This document shows, in pieces, positions 1 to 13,900 of a stretch of 64,000 bases of DNA (position 1 is the stretch's first letter; each line of letters begins with the position of its first letter). The notes beneath the pieces are model-generated. The model was given only the letters and a program-made list of their open reading frames with translations. It did no database searches and had not been told where the DNA came from. Origin of the DNA: Eledone cirrhosa (taxonomy: Eukaryota); the NCBI GenBank assembly GCA_964016885.1, contig OZ024747.1, positions 59,582,001 to 59,646,000 of the forward strand, in the 5' to 3' direction. Position numbers and translations under genes: made by a program.

Positions 1-80
1 GTCACCTGACCAACCTTGCCTCAAGTGGGACAACTCCCGTCTAACCCATGCTAGTATGGAAAATGGACGTTAAACGATGA

Positions 81-84
<4 letters not shown>
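1..84 (+). mobile_element. 3' tail of RTE-LINE/SINE retroposon, followed by (TA)n
   Basis: cccatgctagtatggaaaatggacgttaaacgatgatgat matches the 3' end of the RTE fragment at 4890-4985. Confidence 0.8.
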
Positions 85-127
<43 letters not shown>

Positions 128-291
128 CTTCATTCATATTACACATATCCATTTTTATATATGCATATATAACCTTCATTCACATTAGATATATCTATTA
201 TATATATATATATATTGTTCTTTGTGTTTATTTCATTGTTTTTATTAATTTATATATATATATATATGTATTTATTAAAATAACAGATTAA

Positions 292-342
292 AGTTTAAGC
301 AAAGAATTGCTGCTTTCACCCTTAACGGGATCTTCTGAAACT
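292..342 (-). ncRNA. degenerate type-I hammerhead ribozyme-like motif (core U4->A)
   Basis: minus strand reads agttt CAGAAGA t-ccc gttaa ggg-t GAA AGCA..TGCT T aaact; stems I, II and III can pair; lies inside a direct+inverted duplication at 268-418. Confidence 0.45.
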
Positions 343-1046
343 AAAAAAGTCAATTATTAAAATAACATTAAAGTTTAAGCAATTTTTTGCTTAAACTTTA
401 ATGTTATTTTAATAAATATTTGCTCTACCGTTCTTATATATTTGATATATATTTATCCTTATCAAGCCCTCTTTGGATTTTAGTCTTCAAATTTATTATT
501 ATTACTGTATATATATATATAGTAGAATAATCGAGTATCGGAAAATCGGCTCACGAGTTTACGATAAACAAATTCGACATGAGTGGCAGAGGGCTCAATA
601 ATTCAGATAAATCAGAGCTATAACTATCGTTAAAATACCAACACACAAAGATTATGTCTAAAATCACCCATGCGGCCGAAAAATTACGACCAGGAAGATT
701 CGGGTCACTCAGATAAAATATCAATAAATCATATATATATATATATATATATATCAAGTTATTAATGAAAACTGTAAAGAATAACTGAATAACTGCTTAC
801 ATTATATTAGTGGATTTGTGAATAAAGGAGTTTTTGAGATTCAAAATATGAAGTATATTGACTACAGTGGTTGTTTCTTTTTCTTTTAAAAAATATTACT
901 TAGTATTAGACTTATAGTTATTAGACTTATAGTTATTGGTGACTCAAGTTATTTCAATGACAAAAATAAAAATAGTGAATGGAGTATATTTCTTGGAAGA
1001 GAAAAATAATAAATGAAAGTTGGATTTGAGAAGTTGGAGTATATAC

Positions 1047-1103
<57 letters not shown>

Positions 1104-1106
<3 letters not shown>

Positions 1107-1160
1107 TCATCATCATCATCGTTTTTACGTCCGCTTTTCCATGTATGCATGGGTTGGACA
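1104..1160 (-). mobile_element. retroposon 3' tail fragment
   Basis: (tca)n + tttacgtccgcttttccatgtatgcatgggttggac, the reverse complement of the family tail. Confidence 0.7.
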
Positions 1161-1618
1161 GGTCCTTCTCAACACATCATCTCTTGACTTGTGTTCCTTC
1201 ATTATCTCCTCTGCCAGTCTGTCTTAATGATTTGAGGATGTATATACATCTGTGTGCAATATATATATATGTATATGTATATATATATATATGTGTGTGT
1301 ATATATAATCAGTTTTTATGTCTACATTTCCATGCTGGTATGGGCTGGATAGAGCCTTATGAGGCAGTATTTTACAACTGGATGTCCTTGATGCTTACCC
1401 CTTTAGTTTGTTTTTACAACACACTGTGTACACATGGTTACTAGAATAAAATTGATGATAATAGTAAATTGTGTTTTTATCAGTTAACCTATAAATGTGT
1501 GTAAAATATTTTACTCTCAGATCAAATCAGAGACAATGTAGAATAGAGAGGACTTGTTAGTGTTGTCAAGAACATGAGACTCTCTTGGGATGAAATGCAG
1601 CCAGTACATTCTGTTAAG

Positions 1619-1930
1619 CAAGGTTGGATTTAGACCTTGGGGGGCCCTGGGGCACTTCAGGTTTGGGGAAACCCTCATACACAAAAAATTAGAATACACA
1701 GCAAACCCCTCCCAATTTGACATATCGAAGTTACCTTGGCACAAGTAATTGGAATTGAAAAGTTATACATACAGGTATTAAATTAGAAGATTCTAACCAT
1801 CCTAAAACTAAAAAGCCAAGCTGAGGGGACAAACAAATTGATATAGCCATCGCTGCCCACCCTCTCCACTGCAGATGACCTGAGGCAATTGCCCCATTCC
1901 CCCCCCCCCCCCCCATTAAATCCAGCCTTG
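1619..1930. mobile_element. putative MITE with terminal inverted repeats
   Basis: caaggttggattta ... taaatccagccttg; GC-rich subterminal ggggccc/gcccc; no clear TSD. Confidence 0.5.
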
Positions 1931-3711
1931 CTATTGGTTAGTACTAGAAACCACATACAGCCATAGAAACCATGCCAAAAATATGAGCTATTTAGGAGGG
2001 TAGTAACTCTGAATGAGAACTGACTCTACTTATAACAGCCTATCTACCTCATGCCAGCATGAAAAGCACATGTAAAATGATGATGATGATCTACATTTTA
2101 AATGTCATTATAACAACTGAACTGCTATCCAAAGTGTTTGTCTGTAAGTGCAGAAATGGTAATGAAAGACCCTGTATATAGCAGTTATTGACGGAACACT
2201 TTTGAAAATGTACAATACACAGCTATATATATTAACGTTATTGTCCCGATAAAATGGGACATTGTTATACATTTCCAATGCATTTTAAATCCCACTAGTA
2301 TACATAAAATTTTCAATAAGAGCACAAATTGATAATATTGCAGCCAGGGGTATAGTAAATATGGAATGGATGGTGGCATATCAGTGAATGAGTAGAGATA
2401 TATAGCTGTAAAGGTGATGGTTGAGAAAAACTCATGATAAATGAACAAACAGGGGAAAGCTCAATATTAAAAGCAGCACCAATTTATGTGTGAAGACATG
2501 GCTGTTAAATAGAACTGAATAGAAGCAAGAATTTTGATAACTGCATATTTGGAGCATTTAATTTGCCATACTCACCTTGAGAGGATTAATCTCTCCTCTG
2601 TGAACATTATAATTTCTACTGATAGAACGAACTTTAACCACGATTCCTGTCTACTATGATCACATTCAAACCTTTCCAAGAATCGGAATAAAATTCAAGT
2701 GATTTATTTTGATTTGTTATAGTCACAGATGAGACAGGTTTTAAGCAACCTATGGAACATTATTTCAAGTTCTAAGATGTTTAGTAGTATCATTTTACTG
2801 TTGAAATCAAATACTGGAAGGCTGGTTATATTGGTTATTTAAAGATAACAGTAAAAGTATGTAAGATTTCCAATTAAAACCAACTCTTCCTTGAAATAAT
2901 GCAACTATGTGACATCCTTATCGTTCTCATGAACTACTTTTATGTGTATATTTTCTGAGATAATGCACAACCATTGTGCTTAGTTTTACTGCCCCTTCAT
3001 CAAAACTAATGAATACCAAACAAAGTTGCAACCAATTAAATGTAGTTACCCATAAATTTGTGTTCGATTTAATTAATTGTTCATTAAGTGGAAGCTGTAA
3101 CTTCTATTCGTGACAGCTTGAGTATTGAACATTGGTAGTTTTTTTTTTTTTTCTTTGTACAGACACTAAAACAGAAGATTGACTCCTGAAAAATACTTAG
3201 ATTTTTGCATAATAAAAATTATGTTTTAATTAAAATCAACAAAAGGGGAAAAAAAACCCAAAGACCCCCCCCCCCCCCCAAAAAAAAAAAACCAAAGAAA
3301 AACAAACCGAAAATGATAATTATAACAATATTTCTATGGAATTTGTTTTATCTAATTTGCATTTATGCTAATCATTTAAAAGTTATCTCTGTTGGCAAGC
3401 ATGACTTGTAGTAATTAATTTATATCTTTGGATATTCCATCTTGGTTTGGAATAGCGGAGGAGGAGGGATGGGGTGCAGTAGCTTTGTTATTTGACCAAG
3501 TTCAATAATCAAAAGCCAGAGAAATCTCAAGAATTCATTATGCAGAGAAATCTTTCAGTTACCTGTAATCAATGGATTTAAATACAACTTTCTGTTGTTG
3601 TTGTTGTTGTTGGAATTATTCTGCTATTTAGAGAAACACTTCCATATATTTCACTGGTGATTTCAATATCATATGTTTTTAGTTGAAACATTTCATGACA
3701 GATATTGCCAA

Positions 3712-3986
3712 GTATAGTTTTTAGTTGGGAATCTAACTGATCTTGGTATTTTGGTTGTTTCTATCTTGTGAAGCTGCATGGCCTAATGGATACAATGTTG
3801 GATCATATTGTCATCCATTGTCATCCATTCAATTCCTGGATAAGGTTCTGTGTCGTCGAGTATTATAGTTTTTTTGTTGGGAATCTAACTCACCTTGGTA
3901 TTTTTGGTATATTTTGCTTCTGTATTGTGAAGCTCCATAGCCTAATGAATACGATGTTGAGTTAATGATCATAATGTCATCCATTT
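3712..3986. repeat. diverged ~150-bp direct duplication
   Basis: gttgggaatctaact..cttggtatttt..tgtgaagct..cctaatg..tgtcatccatt occurs at ~3723 and ~3876. Confidence 0.75.
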
Positions 3987-4014
3987 GATTCCTTGACATG
4001 GTGCTGCATAACTC

Positions 4015-4155
4015 CAGTGCACTCAGATGAGTGAGAGTACCAGCAGTAGCTGGAGACTTAATCCTGTGATAGACTGTCCAGGGAAAATGTTCTACTCTCA
4101 GTTGCTTAAACACCAAAGAAACCAGGGAAAATCACCAGCCTGATGAGCCTTCACT
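4015..4155 (+). mobile_element. old degenerate SINE body
   Basis: cctgtgatagactgtccaggg..tactctcagttgctt..gaaaccaggg..cctgatgagcc resembles conserved invertebrate SINE 3' domains (from recall). Confidence 0.4.
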
Positions 4156-4444
4156 TTAGAACAAACTTTTACTTATTTTCAACAACATTACCTCTTAATA
4201 TTCCTAACCACTGTTAAAATGCTGATGCTTTATTAAAACTGTGGTCCCCAAAGCTTTTCTTGAAGTTTGGGAAACAGCAAGAGGTTGATGTAGGACTGAA
4301 CTAAGGTTTATTAGCTATGTTTCTAGAGAGCACTGTAGAATTGATCTAAGGCTTAATAGCTATGTCCTTAAAGAACAATGTAGGATTAATGTACGCTTTA
4401 TATTGCTGTGTTACATAGGAAAGTGTAGAATTAAATTAAGCTCA

Positions 4445-4985
4445 GGGTGATCAAAATTGAGGGAAGATACGGAGTAGGTAGACCCAGAAAAACCTGGGAC
4501 GACATGATAAAGTCCGACCTTGCACACTTGCACCTCTCTAAGACAATGTCACTGGATCGAGATGTTTGGCACCATGCAGTATTACAGAAGATCCACATTC
4601 CGTACGTGCAAAGTGAACCTACAGTCAGTAGGCCCCTCCAAACCAAACCCACCCCACTCCAACCTCCCACCAACACCACCCTTTCTCTATAAAGTTATGT
4701 TGGTGCCACAACATCCAGTCCAAACTGAGATCATGTAGGTGTTGCGACAAAAGACACACAGTCCACGCTCTAATGTGGCCGTGCAGGTAACACGGTAAAA
4801 AGTTCCCAGTCCACACTGTAAATGTGGTTGGTGTTAGGAAGGGCATCCAGCCATAGAAAACTTGCCAGATAGTCCTATATGAGTGAGACACGGTCACCCG
4901 ACCAATCTTGCCTCAAGTGGTACAACTCCCGTCTAACCCATGCTAGCGTGGAAGATGAGCGTTAAACAATGATGATGATGATGAT
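4445..4985 (+). mobile_element. 5'-truncated RTE-clade LINE (ORF C-terminus, 3'UTR, (ATG)n tail)
   Basis: ORF 4447..4692 EGRYGVGRPRKTWDDMIKSDL..DRDVW is the typical RTE C-terminal GRPRKTW motif; ends in cgttaaacaatgatgatgatg. Confidence 0.85.
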
Positions 4986-5002
4986 AACTGTCCCTTGAGA
5001 AC

Positions 5003-6045
5003 AGTGTAAGGTTAAACTGAGGTTTATTAGCTGTGTTCCTCAAGAGGTGTAGGTTAAACTGAGGTTTATTAGCTGTGTTCCTCAAGAGGTGTAGGTTAAA
5101 CTGAGGTTTATTAGCTGTGTTCCTCAAGAGGTGTAGGTTAAACTGAGGTTTATTAGCTGTGTTCCTCAAGAGGTGTAGGTTAAACTGAGGTTTATTAGCT
5201 GTGTTCCTCAAGAGGTGTAGGTTAAACTGAGGTTTATTAGCTGTGTTCCTCAAGAGGTGTAGGTTAAACTGAGGTTTATTAGCTGTGTTCTTCAAGAGGT
5301 GTAGGTTAAACTGAGGTTTATTAGCTGTGTTCCTCAAGAGGTGTAGGTTAAACTGAGGTTTATTAGCTGTGTTCCTCAAGAGGTGTAGGTTAAACTGAGG
5401 TTTATTAGCTGTGTTCCTCAAGAGGTGTAGGTTAAACTGAGGTTTATTAGCTGTGTTCCTCAAGAGGTGTAGGTTAAACTGAGGTTTATTAGCTGTGTTC
5501 CTCAAGAGGTGTAGGTTAAACTGAGGTTTATTAGCTGTGTTCCTCAAGAGGTGTAGGTTAAACTGAGGTTTATTAGCTGTGTTCCTCAAGAGGTGTAGGT
5601 TAAACTGAGGTTTATTAGCTGTGTTCCTCAAGAGGTGTAGGTTAAACTGAGGTTTATTAGCTGTGTTCCTCAAGAGGTGTAGGTTAAACTGAGGTTTATT
5701 AGCTGTGTTCCTCAAGAGGTGTAGGTTAAACTGAGGTTTATTAGCTGTGTTCCTCAAGAGGTGTAGGTTAAACTGAGGTTTATTAGCTGTGTTCCTCAAG
5801 AGGTGTAGGTTAAACTGAGGTTTATTAGCTGTGTTCCTCAAGAGGTGTAGGTTAAACTGAGGTTTATTAGCTGTGTTCTTCAAGAGGTGTAGGTTAAACT
5901 GAGGTTTATTAGCTGTGTTCCTCAAGAGGTGTAGGTTAAACTGAGGTTTATTAGCAATGTCCCACAAGAGGTGTATGTTAAACTGTTTATTAGCTGTGTC
6001 CTTTAAGAGCTGTAGGTTAAACTGAGGTTTATTAGCTATGCCCAT
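5003..6045. repeat. 42-bp minisatellite, ~24 near-identical copies
   Basis: unit gtaggttaaactgaggtttattagctgtgttcctcaagaggt; produces the 14-aa repeat ORF 4933..6045. Confidence 0.97.
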
Positions 6046-6483
6046 CCAATAATAATAATTTTGCTAGATTTGTTTTAAAATTCTAAGTCTTTTGTTTATT
6101 TACAGCCCAACCAATTCCAATGTGTTAATAAGTCTATTTTAATTTCTATGGAATAGTTCAAAGAAGTAAAATAGAATCTAAAAAGACAGTTTTCTTCAAA
6201 TGTGTTGCCACTTTCCCCCAAGACAATTTTAGTAACAAGATTCTTTGCACTGATTGTTTTAATATGAAGTGTTATATTTATAAAAATGAAATTTCATTGA
6301 TAATTCATTTATATTATGATTTTATATTTCTTTATAAATTTATTGTATTTGAAAGTTATTTTCATATCGTCTTTCTACTTGAATTGATAGATGCAATAAC
6401 AATGTGCAGCAAATTAAGAGACAATAGGTGGTTGTGGATTAGTAAAGACTTTTCACTTTAGATTTCAATGTCAGTTGCTACCT

Positions 6484-6928
6484 CCATAACTCCTAATGGA
6501 GTCATAGGGACACCATCATGATGTATTTTGGGTATTCTAAACCTGACGGTTCATCCCTTTCCAAATTTAACCATAGTTGATTTCTTCCAGCAAGGGAAAA
6601 AATAGATACCATTATTGAACTGGCACTTTATTGCCCCCAAAAGGATGAAAGGTAAAGTTAGCCATAGCAGGATTTGAACTCAGAACACAGAGAGAGCAAA
6701 ATTGAATACAGTGAAATTCTGTTATAACAAAATTCATGAGGTATAAAAAAAAAATTGTTGTAATGCAAAATTCTTTATAATGAGATCGACTGAAACAAAT
6801 TGAGCATTTGTTTGTTGTTACCTCGGGGATTGAAAAAAAATATGTTATACTGAAAAATTCGTTATAATAGAATTTTACCACAAAACATTCTATCAGCCAA
6901 AACATGGATCTGCCAATTGGCCACCTTG
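6484..6928 (-). mobile_element. tRNA-derived SINE (family B), interrupted by a MITE
   Basis: B-box gagttcaaatcc plus ctttcatcc..aataaagtgccagt on minus; body 6484-6600 matches 27994-28100; head ggtggccaattggcag at ~6910-6928. Confidence 0.6.
6709..6880. mobile_element. degenerate Tc1/mariner (Tigger/pogo-like) MITE
   Basis: ta|cagtgaaattctgttataac..., with the inverted subterminal motif ttcgttataatagaattttac. Confidence 0.45.
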
Positions 6929-7527
6929 GATGTAAATATATTTAGCTATTAATTCGCATTGTTGAAGCAATGTGTACAGTGGTCATAGATGTGGAACTAT
7001 AAAGACGACCACTAACTATTTCTCTTCTGGGTGTTCAGTGATGCTAATGATAAAGTTATCGGTAACTTTAGAAAGCTAATTAGTCAATTGGTTAATTATC
7101 GATGAACTGGGGATTAGGAGCCTGATTGACTTCATACTAACCACTAACTATGATGCTGGAACAACCAAGGAAAGAAAGACTATTTATAGAGAACGACCTG
7201 CTATTCAGAGTAAACTTGCAGTAAATTTCCACATCACCAAAGCTAATAGCTTAGCAAGGTTAAGTCCTCCTGTATCCGATTGAAAGACAAAATGAGCGTT
7301 GATAATCAATTTCTTCATTGTTGGAACCAGGCATATTTATTCTTGTTTTGTTTTCTCATTGGGCTTTCAGTAAGAATAAACAGTGACTGACTTGGGGAAG
7401 CTTTTAAAGTGAACTAACTTGTTATGTATTAATACTGCTATTAAATATTGAACTTAGGTAGAGTGATAGCTTTAACGTGTTTGTTGTTGTTGTTATGGGT
7501 TATACCTGTTGAAGGTGTGTTTGACAA

Positions 7528-7589
<62 letters not shown>

Positions 7590-7591
<2 letters not shown>

Positions 7592-7950
7592 GGGCACATG
7601 GCTTAGTGTTTAGAGCATTGGCCTTGCAATCGAAAGGTTGTGAGTTCAATTCTTGGACAGGGTGATGAGCAAGACACTTTATTTCACATTGCTCCAGTTT
7701 ACTCAGCTGTAGAAATGAGATGACTGGGGTCCCTATCATTCCACTGTAAAGTGGTCGTGGAGGTGCCACGGTAAAAAAGCACCCAGCCCACACTATAAAG
7801 TGGACGTCTAGGCACCACGGAAAAAAAAAGCACCCAGCACTCACTGTTAATGAGGTTGATGTTAGGAAGGGCATCCAGCTGTAGAAATCAAGCCAGAATC
7901 AGTTCCTGTCCCACCCTTGCAAGCAGAGAAAAGCGGACGTAAAATGATGA
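7590..7950 (+). mobile_element. tRNA-derived SINE (family A), full length
   Basis: A-box tggcttagtg, B-box gagttcaattc, central gagcaagacactttatttcacattgctccag, RTE-like tail ggaagggcatccagctgtagaaa..ggacgtaaaatgatga. Confidence 0.88.
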
Positions 7951-7957
7951 TATATAT

Positions 7958-10900
7958 ATAACTGTTGTTATGGCACACATTTGTTGTACAGATGTTTGAC
8001 AAACATATATAACTATATGCTGTTATGGCTCACACCTGTTGTATGTCTGTCTGACAAACATGTATAAATATAACAGTATGTTGTATGTCTGACAAACATG
8101 TATAAATATAACAGTATGTTGTGAGTATGTCTGACAAACAAGTATCTATAACTGTATGTTGTTGTTATGACTCACACCTGTTGTATGTCTGTCTGACAAA
8201 CATGTATAAATATAACAGTATGTTGTATGTATGTCTGACAAACATGTATCTGTAACTGTATGTTGTTGTTATGACTCACACCTGTTGTATGTCTGTCTGA
8301 CAAACATGTATAAATATAACAGTATGTAGTATGTATGTCTGACAAACATGTATCTGTAACTGTATGTTGTTGTTATGACTCACACCTGTTGTATGTCTGT
8401 CTGACAAACATGTATAAATATAACAGTATGTTGTCTGTCTGACAAACATGTATAAATATAACAGTATGTTGTCTGTCTGACAAACATGTATAAATATAAC
8501 AGTATGTTGTAAGTATGTCTGACAAACATGTATCCATAACTGTATGTTGTTGTTATGACTCACACCTGTTATGTCTGTCTGACAAACATGTATAAATATA
8601 ACAGTATGTTGTATGTATGTCTGACAAACATGTATCTGTAACTGTATGTTGTTGTTATGACTCACACCTATTGTATGTCTGTCTGACAAACATGTATAAA
8701 TATAACAGCATGTTGGATGTCTGACAAACATGTATAAATATAACAGTATGTTGTATGTCTGACAAACATTGTATAAATATAACAGTATGTTGTAAGTATG
8801 TCTGACAAACATGTATCCATAACTGTATGTTGTTGTTATGACTCACACCTGTTGTATGTCTGTCTGACAAACATGTATAAATATAACAGTATGTTGTATG
8901 TCTGACAAACATGTATAAATATAACAGTATGTTGTAAGTATGTCTGACAAACATGTATCTGTAACTATGTTGTTGTTATGACTCACACCTGTTGTATGTT
9001 TGTCTGACAAACATTGTATAAATATAACAGTATGTTGTATGTCTGACAAACATGTATAAATATAACAGTATGTTGTATGTCTGACAAACATTGTATAAAT
9101 ATAACAGTATGTTGTATGTATGACAAACATGTATAAATATAACAGTATGTTGTCTGTCTGACAAACATTGTATAAATATAACAGTATGTTGTCTGTCTGA
9201 CAAACATGTATAAATATAACAGTATGTTGTCTGTCTGACAAACATGTATAAATATAACAGTATGTTGTATGTCTGACAAACATTGTATAAATATAACAGT
9301 ATGTTGCAAGTATGTCTGACAAACATGTATCCATAACTGTATGTTGTTGTTATGACTCACACCTGTTGTATGTCTGTCTGACAAACATGTATAAATATAA
9401 CAGTATGTTGTATCTCTGACAAACATCTATAAATATAACAGTATGTTGTAAGTATGTCTGACAAACATGTATCTGTAACTGTATGTTGTTGTTATGACTC
9501 ACACCTGTTGTATGTCTGTCTGACAAACATGTATAAATATAACAGTATGTTGTATGTCTGACAAACATGTATAAATATAACAGTATGTTGTATGTCTGAC
9601 AAACATGTATCTATAACTGTATGTTGTTGTTATGACTCACCTGTTGTATGTCTGTCTGACAAACATGTATAAATATAACAGTATGTTGTATGTCTGACAA
9701 ACATGTATAAATATAACAGTATGTTGTATGTCTGACAAACATGTATCTATAACTGTGTTGTTGTTATGACTCACACCTGTTGTATGTCTGACAAACATGT
9801 ATAAATATAACAGTATGTTGTATGTCTGACAAACATGTATAAATATAACAGTATGTTGTATGTCTGACAAACATGTATAAATATAACAGTATGTTGTATG
9901 TCTGACAAACATGTATAAATATAACAGTATGTTGTATGTCTGACAAACATGTATAAATATAACAGTATGTTGTATGTCTGACAAACGTATCTATAACTGT
10001 ATGCTGTTGTTATGACTCACACCTGTTGTATGTCTGTCTGACAAACATGTATAAATATAACAGTATGTTGTATGTCTGACAAACATGTATAAATATAACA
10101 GTATGTTGTATGTCTGACAAACATGTATCTATAACTGTGTTGTTGTTATGACTCACACCTGTTGTATGTCTGACAAACATGTATAATTATAACAGTATGT
10201 TGTATGTCTGACAAACATGTATGAATATAACAGTATGTTGTATGTCTGACAAACATGTATCCATAACTGTATGTTGTTATGACTCACCTGTTGTATGTCT
10301 GTCTGACAAACATGTATAAATATAACAGTATGTTGTATGTATGTCTGACAAACATGTATCTGTAACTGTATGTTGTTGTTATGACTCACACCTGTTGTAT
10401 GTCTGTCTGACAAACATGTATAAATATAACAGTATGTTGTCTGTCTGACAAACATGTATAAATATAACAGTATGTTGTATGTCTGACAAACATGTATAAA
10501 TATAACAGTATGTTGTAAGTATGTCTGACAAACATGTATCCATAACTGTATGTTGTTGTTATGACTCACACCTGTTATGTCTGTCTGACAAACATGTATA
10601 AATATAACAGTATGTTGTATGTATGTCTGACAAACATGTCTGTAACTGTATGTTGTTGTTATGACTCACACCTATTGTATGTCTGTCTGACAAACATGTA
10701 TAAATATAACAGCATGTTGTATGTCTGACAAACATGTATAAATATAACAGTATGTTGTATGTCTGACAAACATTGTATAAATATAACAGTATGTTGTAAG
10801 TATGTCTGACAAACATGTATCCATAACTGTATGTTGTTGTTATGACTCACACCTGTTGTATGTCTGTCTGACAAACATGTATAAATATAACAGTGTTGTA

Positions 10901-13900
10901 TGTCTGACAAACATGTATAAATATAACAGTATGTTGTATGTCTGACAAACATGTATCTATAACTGTGTTGTTGTTATGACTCACACCTGTTGTATGTCTG
11001 ACAAACATGTATAAATATAACAGTATGTTGTGTGTCTGACAAACATGTATAAATATAACAGTATGTTGTATGTATGTCTGACAAACATGTATCTGTAACT
11101 GTATGTTGTTGTTATGACTCACACCTGTTGTATGTCTGTCTGACAAACATGTATAAATATAACAGTATGTTGTCTGTCTGACAAACATGTATAAATATAA
11201 CAGTATGTTGTATGTCTGACAAACATGTATAAATATAACAGTATGTTGTAAGTATGTCTGACAAACATGTATCCATAACTGTATGTTGTTGTTATGACTC
11301 ACACCTGTTATGTCTGTCTGACAAACATGTATAAATATAACAGTATGTTGTATGTATGTCTGACAAACATGTATAAATATAACAGTATGTTGTATGTCTG
11401 ACAAACATTGTATAAATATAACAGTATGTTGTAAGTATGTCTGACAAACATGTATCCATAACTGTATGTTGTTGTTATGACTCACACCTGTTGTATGTCT
11501 GTCTGACAAACATGTATAAATATAACAGTATGTTGTATGTCTGACAAACATGTATAAATATAACAGTATGTTGTAAGTATGTCTGACAAACATGTATCTG
11601 TAACTGTATGTTGTTGTTATGACTCACACCTGTTGTATGTCTGTCTGACAAACATTGTATAAATATAACAGTATGTTGTATGTCTGACAAACATGTATAA
11701 ATATAACGGTATGTTGTATGTCTGACAAACATTGTATAAATATAACAGTATGTTGTATGTCTGACAAACATGTATAAATATAACAGTATGTTGTCTGTCT
11801 GACAAACATTGTATAAATATAACAGTATGTTGTCTGTCTGACAAACATGTACAAATATAACAGTATGTTGTCTGTCTGACAAACATGTATAAATATAACA
11901 GTATGTTGTATGTCTGACAAACATTGTATAAATATAACAGTATGTTGTAAGTATGTCTGACAAACATGTATCCATAACTGTATGTTGTTGTTATGACTCA
12001 CACCTGTTGTATGTCTGTCTGACAAACATGTATAAATATAACAGTATGTTGTATGTCAGACAAACATGTATAAATATAACAGTATGTTGTAAGTATGTCT
12101 GACAAACATGTATCTGTAACTGTATGTTGTTGTTATGACTCACACCTGTTGTATGTCTGTCTGACAAACATTGTATAAATATAACAGTATGTTGTATGTG
12201 TGACAAACATGTATAAATATAACAGTATGTTGTATGTCTGACAAACATTGTATAAATATAACAGTATGTTGTATGTCTGACAAACATGTATAAATATAAC
12301 AGTATGTTGTCTGTCTGACAAACATTGTATAAATATAACAGTATGTTGTCTGTCTGACAAACATGTATAAATATAACAGTATGTTGTCTGTCTGACAAAC
12401 ATGTATAAATATAACAGTATGTTGTATGTCTGACAAACATTGTATAAATATAACAGTATGTTGTAAGTATGTCTGACAAACATGTATCCATAACTGTATG
12501 TTGTTGTTATGACTCACACCTGTTGTATGTCTGTCTGACAAACATGTATAAATATAACAGTATGTTGTATGTCTGACAAACATGTATAAATATATCAGTA
12601 TGTTGTAAGTATGTCTGACAAACATGTATCTGTAACTGTATGTTGTTGTTATGACTCACACCTGTTGTATGTCTGTCTGACAAACATGTATAAATATAAC
12701 AGTATGTCGTATGTCTGACAAACATGTATCTGTAACTGTGTTGTTGTTATGACTCACACCTGTTGTATGTCTGACAAACATGTATAAATATAACAGTATG
12801 TTGTATGTCTGACAAACATGTATAAATATAACAGTATGTTGTATGTCTGACAAACATGTATAAATATAACAGTATGTTGTATGTCTGACAAACATGTATA
12901 AATATAACAGTATGTTGTATGTCTGACAAACGTATCTATAACTGTATGTTGTTGTTATGACTCACACCTGTTGTATGTCTGTCTGACAAACATGTATAAA
13001 TATAACAGTATGTTGTATGTCTGACAAACATGTATCCATAACTGTATGTTGTTATGACTCACCTGTTGTATGTCTGTCTGACAAACATGTATAAATATAA
13101 CAGTATGTTGTATGTATGTCTGACAAACATGTATCTGTAACTGTATGTTGTTGTTATGACTCACACCTGTTGTATGTCTGTCTGACAAACATGTATAAAT
13201 ATAACAGTATGTTGTCTGTCTGACAAACATGTATAAATATAACAGTATGTTGTATGTCTGACAAACATGTATAAATATAACAGTATGTTGTAAGTATGTC
13301 TGACAAACATGTATCCATAACTGTATGTTGTTGTTATGACTCACACCTGTTATGTCTGTCTGACAAACATGTATAAATATAACAGTATGTTGTATGTATG
13401 TCTGACAAACATGTCTGTAACTGTATGTTGTTGTTATGACTCACACCTATTGTATGTCTGTCTGACAAACATGTATAAATATAACAGCATGTTGTATGTC
13501 TGACAAACATGTATAAATATAACAGTATGTTGTATGTCTGACAAACATTGTATAAATATAACAGTATGTTGTAAGTATGTCTGACAAACATGTATCCATA
13601 ACTGTATGTTGTTGTTATGACTCACACCTGTTGTATGTCTGTCTGACAAACATGTATAAATATAACAGTGTTGTATGTCTGACAAACATGTATAAATATA
13701 ACAGTATGTTGTATGTCTGACAAACATGTATCTATAACTGTGTTGTTGTTATGACTCACACCTGTTGTATGTCTGACAAACATGTATAAATATAACAGTA
13801 TGTTGTGTGTCTGACAAACATGTATAAATATAACAGTATGTTGTATGTATGTCTGACAAACATGTATCTGTAACTGTATGTTGTTGTTATGACTCACACC

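Noticed and set aside
2570-2660. Possible minus-strand exon ending at AAG|GTGAGT
   Set aside because: The donor is good, but there is no polypyrimidine acceptor, no recognisable peptide and no partner exons.
4138-4170. CTGATGAG hammerhead candidate
   Set aside because: No downstream stem II/GAAA; it is part of a degenerate SINE.
4933-6045. 370-aa ORF of 14-aa repeats
   Set aside because: It is a stop-free frame of a 42-bp minisatellite running into an antisense LINE tail; there is no synonymous variation pattern or other coding evidence.
7590-7665. tRNA gene
   Set aside because: The tRNA-like head continues into a SINE body repeated several times in the window.
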